A DNA stretch of 57,850 bases, filler included, from Sphacelaria rigidula (Eukaryota): the NCBI GenBank assembly GCA_964200075.2. It is 3 parts of 3 records of this genome, joined end to end, with 100 filler letters (N's around TTAATTAATTAA, not from the genome) between each part and the next. Parts side by side here need not be neighbours in the genome. Positions count along the whole stretch, not along the records: positions 38,636 to 57,850 come from CAXNAA020000714.1; 2 more parts are not named here. One strand, given 5' to 3'. The notes beneath the pieces were generated by a model. The model did not search any database. It saw only the letters and a list, made by a program, of their open reading frames with translations, and had not been told where the DNA came from. Below are positions 50,001-57,850 of the stretch, in pieces (the stretch's first letter is position 1; every line of letters begins with the position of its first letter). The translations under genes were made by a program, and so were the position numbers.

Positions 50001-53000
50001 ATATCATCCCACGGAAGAAAACGTCGTACTCGATGCATTCCGAAGAATACACAACGAACTGGTAGTGTATTGACCGTGACAACGGTGACATCCACCTCTG
50101 ACTGACCTCTATTCGCGAGAGCAGCCAGAGCCGCACCCTCCCAGGCTAGAGCTAGCGGGTACAGATCCACAGTATCGGTGGACAAAATGATCCTCTCCTT
50201 GCTTGCTCCTGCTAGAGACAACGACTAGACCGATCGATTACAGCGTTGCAGACGTGAAGCATCGGATCTCAGCGATGAATTTTCAGGCCTATCTGCTGCA
50301 CGATGGCGGAGCGACTGCCGATGATCTCTTTCGGCACCGCCAATGGACTTCAGCCATTGGAAACCGAACACGAATAACATGAGTGCTATATATTGGAGAG
50401 ATCTACCTTTCGTGATATCTGCAAACAAACGTTACTGGGAACAGTGAGACAGCAGTAGCCTTGACAGTTACTGATCGTCGGGCATGACAGCTCACCGTAC
50501 CTGTTCGGCTTGAGGTAGTTCCATGTCCTCCGGCGTTGGGTGTAATATAGGCCGGGACTCTTCCATGTACCTTCGTCGCGATTTCAAGGGAACATATGTG
50601 GATAGGATTGGCTATATTTCTAGGTTTCATTTTCACGTCTGGACGTGAAGCAACGACGGTGTCCTTTGGTGAGCACTTGATCTCGTGGCCGTGCCAAACC
50701 CGACGAGGATAAACGGGCGTTATCAAGATAGCGTGGATACAAGTCGTGCATATCATATCCCTACTTACCAACACGGAGCTTGCCGCAATCCATGGTATGC
50801 TTGGACGACGTTGTGTCGTGATACGTACGCGGAAGAAATATTCATAGCCAAACAGACGCGTGCGGATGGTCTTCATCCTGTCACCTGTCGACAGGATTGA
50901 CACCCTGCGTGTTAGCCGCCGCTTCCGCGGCCTTCTTCTCGCTGTAGGTTTCACCCCGGGTCCTACCCAACATGGCACGCACACCGGCCTCTTCCAGTTG
51001 CACCATCACCAGCTCCCGACCGATCGGCGTCGAAATTGCCCCCTGAGGGGAAACGTCTGTTTCTTCGGTTTCTCTAGTGGAATCTATCTGCTCTATCGAT
51101 TCCGCAGACTTCCCGCCTGCTTCAAGCAGGAAACGAAGCATGTTATCGAGACGAATTCAGTACAATGTCAAGAACTGTTGATTGAGGCCCAGGCTCAAAG
51201 TTTTCACCACGGACATGCTAGGTGTTAGCCTTTTGTCGCTACGTTGGATTAGGAAAAAACTATGCGACCTTCAACTACGCCGCACTCACCGCTAGTGGAA
51301 GATTTGCCCTTGGGGCCCTTATCCTGTGCCTTGGCAGATAGTTTTGCTTTTCCGGACCCTGATTTTGCTCCATCCCGCCCTTCCCCTTCCCCGTCGGCTG
51401 TCTGTGGCCCATCCTTGATTTTCTTAGTGCGCTTGAGCGCAAAAGTGGACGATGGCAAAAGTTCTCCTGGCGGTTCAGCAGACGACACCAGCGTCTCTAG
51501 ACAACTCCTTGCTTCAGCAAGACACCTGGATGTATTCTCGAGAAGAAGTTGCTCACGGTGAGCGACTGAAGATCCCGTAATCGTGCACGCGTCGGCCGGT
51601 GTCCCCGGGTGGCGGGCATTTGCCTCTAGTGTGTCCTGCAAACGTTTGTTAGGAGTCGCATACACGGATCCTAGTGAAGTGTTTTGTGCTCTTTCCATCA
51701 AAAATGCTACGTCAAAGCCGAATACATCATACGCGCCATTTGTTTCATGCCGCGTAGTAGATCAGTCCAGCCACCCTCGCCCAAGCCCGGGTGGGCGGTG
51801 AGAATCACACCAGTAGATCGAGCGGTGCGTCTTTACTAAGGTACATAGTCGCATGAGCAGATGGCGAGTAGTACCTCCGAGAGGTGAATCTGGTTGACAG
51901 GGAGCGAGCTGACGCCGCGGCATTACCCCTCCATGCAGAGAATCCTCAAGTGACAGCCACCCGTTGGCAGAACACATGGATGATCCCCCTCTCGTTACAT
52001 CTTACAATCTGCTGAAGTCATATCATTGCCTACGGGCAGGGGAGAAAGATCGTTGTCGATCGCACTTACGAATTGAAGGATAGAGTTTGGCTTACGAGTA
52101 CGAGGACACCCATAGTGGTTGGCGTTAGCTGTCTCAGATATCCTTGGTATGATCTCACGATGCTTCGTCGACAATTCACACCCACCTTCGGCGAAGACAA
52201 AATCAATACAAACAGCTACTGCACGAGCCCTCGCCTGCCCATTGCCGCCCTTAAGCACGACCGTGGCCCATTCCCGAACCCATTCTCGCGCAATCCCCCG
52301 CAACACCATCGCGAGGGCACGGCTGTCCCCGAGAGGACGGAGGACCCTCTCAGCGGTCCGCAGCAGCTGCATCGCAGTCGAAGCAACAGCGACCCCGCCT
52401 TCATCACTCCGGCCCCGTCGAACGTGCGGTATGATTGCTTCGCGACTGCCGGGGGCGCCGAGCTTTGGATTCGGGACGATTCCGGCAGCGCTGGGGAACA
52501 TTTCGAGGTTTCCCTGGATATCTCTTGTTGCCCCACTTGCAGCGGGTGTCAATACCGAAGTTAGCGTGGACGTGGAAGTCGTGCCTGCTAGGCTTTCGGC
52601 CGTTGCTGAGCTCTCAGCTAGAGCGCATATACACCTGTACCGAGAATATTTCCAGAGTTTGGTGCTTCGACACTGAGGCGGTATTCGGCAAAAAATATGT
52701 CGCGGCAAACTGCGTGGGTCGGAGTATTGTGGAGGACAGGTCATCAAGATGCCATGCGTGGTAGTCTAAGTGCTACCTTCTACAACAGCTGTGGGGCGTA
52801 AACGCTGTGAGGGTGTGCAAGCATTGCAGATAATCATGAGTGCAGGCCTCGGTCACACTTTACGGATGTCACAAGTTGAAACAATCAATTTTGCACCGCG
52901 GGATAATCACACATTGTTTCCCCGCAAGCTCTACCAATGCATTGCGTGATTCACGCCTTCGGTACTTCTGCGGAAATCTTCGTCGCAATACATGAGTACC

Positions 53001-55520
53001 GTGCATTTATCATGAGTCGTGATCCGGCGCAGAGCTGCCGTAACCCCATCGCTGTACCGGGAAGATTTGGTCCTCATCAAAGCACAAGGGCGCTTTGTGC
53101 CTCCGCCGGCGGGCATGCCTGTCTGTCCATCGGTTGTAATGGCCAACTATCCCAGTTATTTCTCACCCTGAAATGGCTATAGCAGCGTCCAAGTCGACTC
53201 CACCAGCGGGGGGACCGTCATCTTCGCTCTTGTCTGACGGTGGACTGGGAATGGGTGATGGTGATACAACCAGCGCGGATCCTAGCGCGTCACAGGCGAC
53301 CTACACGTCAAGAAACATTGCCATGGTTTGGGTTCATGATCTGTCCGCACGTTTTCTCGTCCCGGCTCACGTGTTCAGCTCAGATGGGTTATCCCGGCAG
53401 GAGTAGACTTTGTACGGGAGTACGCTGCGCTCCTTTTTATCCACAATATATTTGTTGTTTCATGTAACATCTGCACAGAGCTCAACCCGATTAGGTTTTC
53501 ATTGGTGGACACGAGTCGGTACCGTCGCATCGCAACAGTGTCCGAAATCCTATCGATAATCGCGAAACCCACGCCGTTCAATGGTGTCCAGATGACTCCT
53601 TGATAAAGGACGGGAGCATTTTGTCGCCGCAAAAACAACGGGGGGGTTATGGTTCTGTTCGGCATACCTCCCCACTGCAGATTTGTGGACCTGTGTATTG
53701 TCGGGCACAATGACCCTCCACAAGATACACTCAGACAACCGACCCTGTTGCGAGAAACTTCGATACTCTACGAGTCATGAGCGTGTGTCCGGACCTGAAG
53801 TACTCGGCGTGCTTTCGCGTCTCCCATCCCCGCCCTCCTCGTCACATCTCCAGCCGCAATGGCAATCGTAGCCCATCTGAATCCGGCGGCGGTCGATGAG
53901 AAGGTGATCGGCCTACTTGAACAATAACCTACTCTATCCTGGTGGTGTTGGTCGCAATGAAAGGTCATCCGACGGCACTGCGACGCACTACCATGATACC
54001 TTGTCGAAGAATCTTGACAGCACGACAGGACAGTGGTGACAGGCCCATTGGGGCGCATGGAAGCCGAAAACATGAAAGCGACATGAGAACAATAAGACAA
54101 TAGTGGAACTCTCTTGGCACAAAATCCTTACGGTATTGCTAGCACGGCGCCATGCTACTTCCATGAGGGTACCACGGAATCACCACAGCACCGTTCTGAC
54201 ACTCATACAGTGCCTTCCCGAAGGTTCTCATGAAACATTGGGCTGACATGCGACTGCCGAACGTAGTACCCACCAGTACCACCCAATACGCCATGTTTTT
54301 TTACAGCATCAGCATCAAAGGCTGTCGAGTGTACGAGGCTGCTCCATAGAAACCCAGTGTGAGCCCACCAGATACAACGAAACGGTTTGACCGGGTGGTC
54401 GACTGGTGCTTCAAGGGTGTAAAAAATTGAACTTTTGGGGGTAGGTAAATGAGCACTGCGAGTCAAAGGCCTTCAGAGGGCGGCCCAAAATAATGTTTCC
54501 GCTGAACGCATTTCCTCTGTTGTGGTTCCTGGCTTTCAAGATCCGGTTCCCCGAACGTAGACCATTTTTCTCCGTTTGCCTATGACCGCTTCTGAACTGT
54601 TAATGCGCATCTGCCCTCAAACGTTCAGACCAGTTCGTTTCGATACTGCACACTGCTACTACGTAAAAGTGCTTTGCGCTTTTCTTATGCACGTGCAAAT
54701 GACACGCTCGAGCTCTGGCATCTAGATGTTTTTAGCCGGTTACGTTCTCCTCATAAATTCTGAGAGGCAACGAGGCTGACCCCCAACGGGAGCATCACGT
54801 TGTTCCTCGTCATCTCTGTAGCACACATGCCAACGTTGGGGAACGATCGGGCAATAATTGGGCATGCGCGTTGTTATAGGTATCTTTACCAGCAAGTCAT
54901 CAGGAATATTGTCGATAGGTTCTGTGGGTGTAGTAAGGTACAGCGGTCTATAAACACTGAAACTGCCCGGATGGCCGAAAAGGATGTGGAGCGCACCCCT
55001 GAATGCTTGTAGGGTTTGCAAGGAAATCGACGGACGCGGTGTGTTTCACGGTGATGCGTAATATTTGGCCCATCGAACGTAACTTATTGATTTTGGCTGG
55101 CCAAAGTTGTATGGGTACGGTCGGTTGGGGAATACGACCCGGTCGGGACTATCAATACACGTTGCTTGCGCATGGATTCAGTCAATCGACGTGAGAAGGT
55201 TTATGTCGGGGAACCTGTTCATGGCTTGCCAGCGACGACTGCTGCATGCAGGTCTGCTGGTGGCACGGCCCAATCGTTTGCTCGGTTTTTGCTAGAATGG
55301 TCGTGACATCTTCAAATGCACTCATGCATACTGAGTTCATGCAGTAGCTGAGTGCTCTAGGAAGATTATATGCTTGGTCCGCCTGCACATTTGACTTGCC
55401 TGGTAGCGTCACTCCCCCCTGCGGCACCCTTTAGCAGTCCCGACGCCCTAAGCAAGCAAGGCAGAGCCTGGTCTGGGTGGCCTTGGGCGTCGCACAACGC
55501 CGCTTGTACCTCAAGACACC
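41087..55520 (-). CDS. CFAP46: Cilia- and flagella-associated protein 46-like, 3' part; multi-exon, probably continues beyond the window
   Basis: Phase-compatible exons from the 3' end: 41087-41291 (SVVLNMWPT...CTVLYGLP), 41901-42034 (ILIDRA...LERPVQVAALFSLVG), 42525-42679 (EWQAL...GFLYYG), 43076-43458 (RYVVDP), 43763-43920 (LPVE...ISRDLSLHILRHR), 44948-45099, 46388-46571, ~47217-47384, 48204-48303, 48919-49086, 49452-~49700. Less precisely placed exons near 50060-50220, 50885-51125, 51290-51635, 52220-52635, 53167-53310 and 55400-55520. The motif series matches the CFAP46 C-terminus from memory. Confidence 0.78.
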
Positions 55521-55789
55521 TTTCAACAGCAAACACAAGAGGAGTGTTTCAATTTACCGCATGTACCGTGTAGTAAAAGGGCATCAGTTTAACAGACAAA
55601 TCGTGCTTGGGCAACAGCGTTAATCTGTGTTTATTGTGAGAGGTGCGAAACGAGCAACGTTAAGGAATGCGAAACGCATTTCGAATAAGTTGATAAGTTC
55701 TCCATATTTCCACTTTTCATCATCAGCAAGGTTTTACCCTTAAATGGACGTCAAGCTCCACCCCGAAACTGCCGACTTTTACCCAGAGC

Positions 55790-57850
55790 TAGAACACTGT
55801 CACGGAAAACGCGCCGATGGAAATGGTAAACCAGTTGAGCAAGCACCAGATTCGGCGTACTGGAGAGGGCGACCGGTGCGGGCTGGGTCGGCTGTAATGT
55901 CCCTGTGAGAGAAAAATACGAGGCATGCACCTCGATCTACAGACCAAGATGAAAGTTGGAAGCATGAAAATATTACTTGCACGGAACATAAGAAAGAGGA
56001 CGAGACCAGAAAGGAGCACATAAGAAAGACTAAAACACGTGGCTGTAGCTAGAGGTACGTCCTCCGGTGGGAAGCTCACTGAGGGGACTTACAACGTACG
56101 TTGTCTCACACGGAGCAACATGGGGCTGGCCATGCTGAGTTGGTTTCACGAAAGCGCAAAGCAATGGGTTGTGACGTCAGCGCATCGTAAGGGACGTGTC
56201 GACAATATAGAACTGAGCTCGCTGCCGGAGGATATTGCGCCTCCTGCTACTGGATGGAAAGGTTAAAGGGAACAGCTGGTCAATAAGGGATTGGCTTGGC
56301 AATTGAAAAGTCGCTCATTAGCAAGGCTAGATAGATACAGACATTCCTCAACGAGGGTCTCATGCCAGTGACGTTCAATTTAACAGGTATATTGAACAAC
56401 GTCATGTTTGTTGCTGCTCTTCTCCGACAGGGCACGTTTAGCTCGAAAGACGATATGTACATATTCTGAATTGGGTTTAGCCGAGCTATGAGCCGAGTTC
56501 TCAAAAATGACCACCAGCCTGTCCTGAATGACGCCACCTCCAGCACCGGGGTGAACACAGGAGAGGAGGATCGAAAACAGCCACTGCATGCGGAAGGGAT
56601 TCCCGGGCCAGCAGAGATGGCAGCGCATTGCTACGAGTTAGGGACGACAACGGGCTTCCCCTGCTCAATATGGCTTCTTTACGCCCCCAACAGAAGCATG
56701 TCGCGTACGTCAAACAGTATCGCGTCCCGTCCCGCGGACACCAAACGTATGGATTCGTCACTGCTCATCTGCAACCGCCCAAGTCACCGAAGGCAGGTCA
56801 CAGCATTGTGCACGCCATACTTCAGTAACTTGGTAGATCCGCACGCAACAGACAACGGCGAGTCCCCACCGAGTGTAAGTCCGTAAATGAACGAGTAATG
56901 ACGTGTGGCATCGGCAGCCGGAAGCATCTCACGAAGCTTGTCGTCGACGAGCTTACGAAATGCAAACCCGGAGACATCGTGGAAGACTGGGCTGCCTACG
57001 ATGCCAAACCACCGCTGGGATTCGCTGAGAAGGTGGTGTCATGTTTGAACCGACAGCCTCGCGTACGAGGGTACTCTAGCTTGAAGATGATGCAATCTTA
57101 CGTCGGGTTGCAAAATCTTGAACAAGCAGGAGAGGGCGCGGTCGGCGATGCGGGTAAGGTCGAGAAGTAGCCCCGCATGGTGCACCTTGCGAAGACGTAC
57201 GGGAGACTGAGGAGATCATCCAAGCCGGGTTGGACGGGTACGTGAGCACGTATGCGTGAGAACTGGAGAAGTACAACGGAGTCGAGGAATGAGAGGCTAG
57301 TATACGGGAACTTGAAAGGAGGATGGAGGCCAAAGGAAAGGAAACCAGAGCGGGAGCAACAATTGGGACGAGAAGGGGAGCCTGCCAGGGGGCAGGTATC
57401 CACGTCATAAAAGATGTAGACTGTGACTTTGTGCTTGAGTGGGTACAATCGACATCTGCCAATCCACCCGTCCTCATGACCGTCGTATCACTCCCGAAAG
57501 CTATATAACTGAAAGACCCGCCAAGCCTGAATGGAACGAAAGAACAGCTGAAAGATACGACAAACGGCAAAGCGATTGGACCGGACGGTTTACCTGCTAG
57601 ACTACTCAAGCTTGAATCGGGCGGGGAGCCTGTGGAGATCCTGTATCGCTTCCACAATATCAGAATTGATGTTCGCATGTCTGGCAGGGTTTCGGAGAAA
57701 TGGAAGGATGCCACCGTCCAAGTGCTGCACAGGGAGGATCTGACCGAGACTGCTGCCGAGATAGCCCCCCCCCAAACCGGCCAGAAACGTGCACGGAGGC
57801 GATGATCATAACTGCCGTTAGAGCTGGTTTCGTGCTGCACGACGCGACTG
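55790..57850 (+). mobile_element. Decayed RTE-like LINE (APE endonuclease plus start of RT), probably intronic and antisense to CFAP46
   Basis: GTYNVRCL (APE motif), GIGLAIEKS...NVMFVAA and NGKAIGPDGLPARLLKL...EILYRFHNI...EKWKDATVQVLH; many disablements. Confidence 0.78.

Noticed and set aside
57076..57840. 254-aa minus-strand ORF
   Set aside because: Antisense shadow of the decayed RTE reverse-transcriptase region.

Overview
Eukaryotic genomic scaffold, most consistent with a brown alga or other stramenopile (inferred from repeat and protein style, not from a database hit). It is stitched from contigs by two artificial 100-nt linkers (44N-TTAATTAATTAA-44N). The first ~21 kb is a nest of dead transposons: a decayed Ty3/Gypsy element on the minus strand interrupted by two TIR insertions, a full-length but disabled Ty1/Copia element with two LTRs and a half-tRNA (Hemivirus-type) primer site, a second Gypsy integrase remnant ending in a Tudor-like domain, and several MITEs. 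The rest holds a spliced ELM2-SANT chromatin regulator gene (minus), an orphan first exon of a C2-domain gene (plus), the 3' part of a many-exon CFAP46-like flagellar gene (minus), LINE 3' ends and a decayed RTE-like LINE. No rRNA, tRNA or CRISPR array is supported. The most unusual signal is a set of TIR elements with 5'-AACA...TGTT-3' ends and 4-bp target duplications. One is confirmed because excising it restores the host reading frame, and a third end of the family flanks a decayed unknown ORF.
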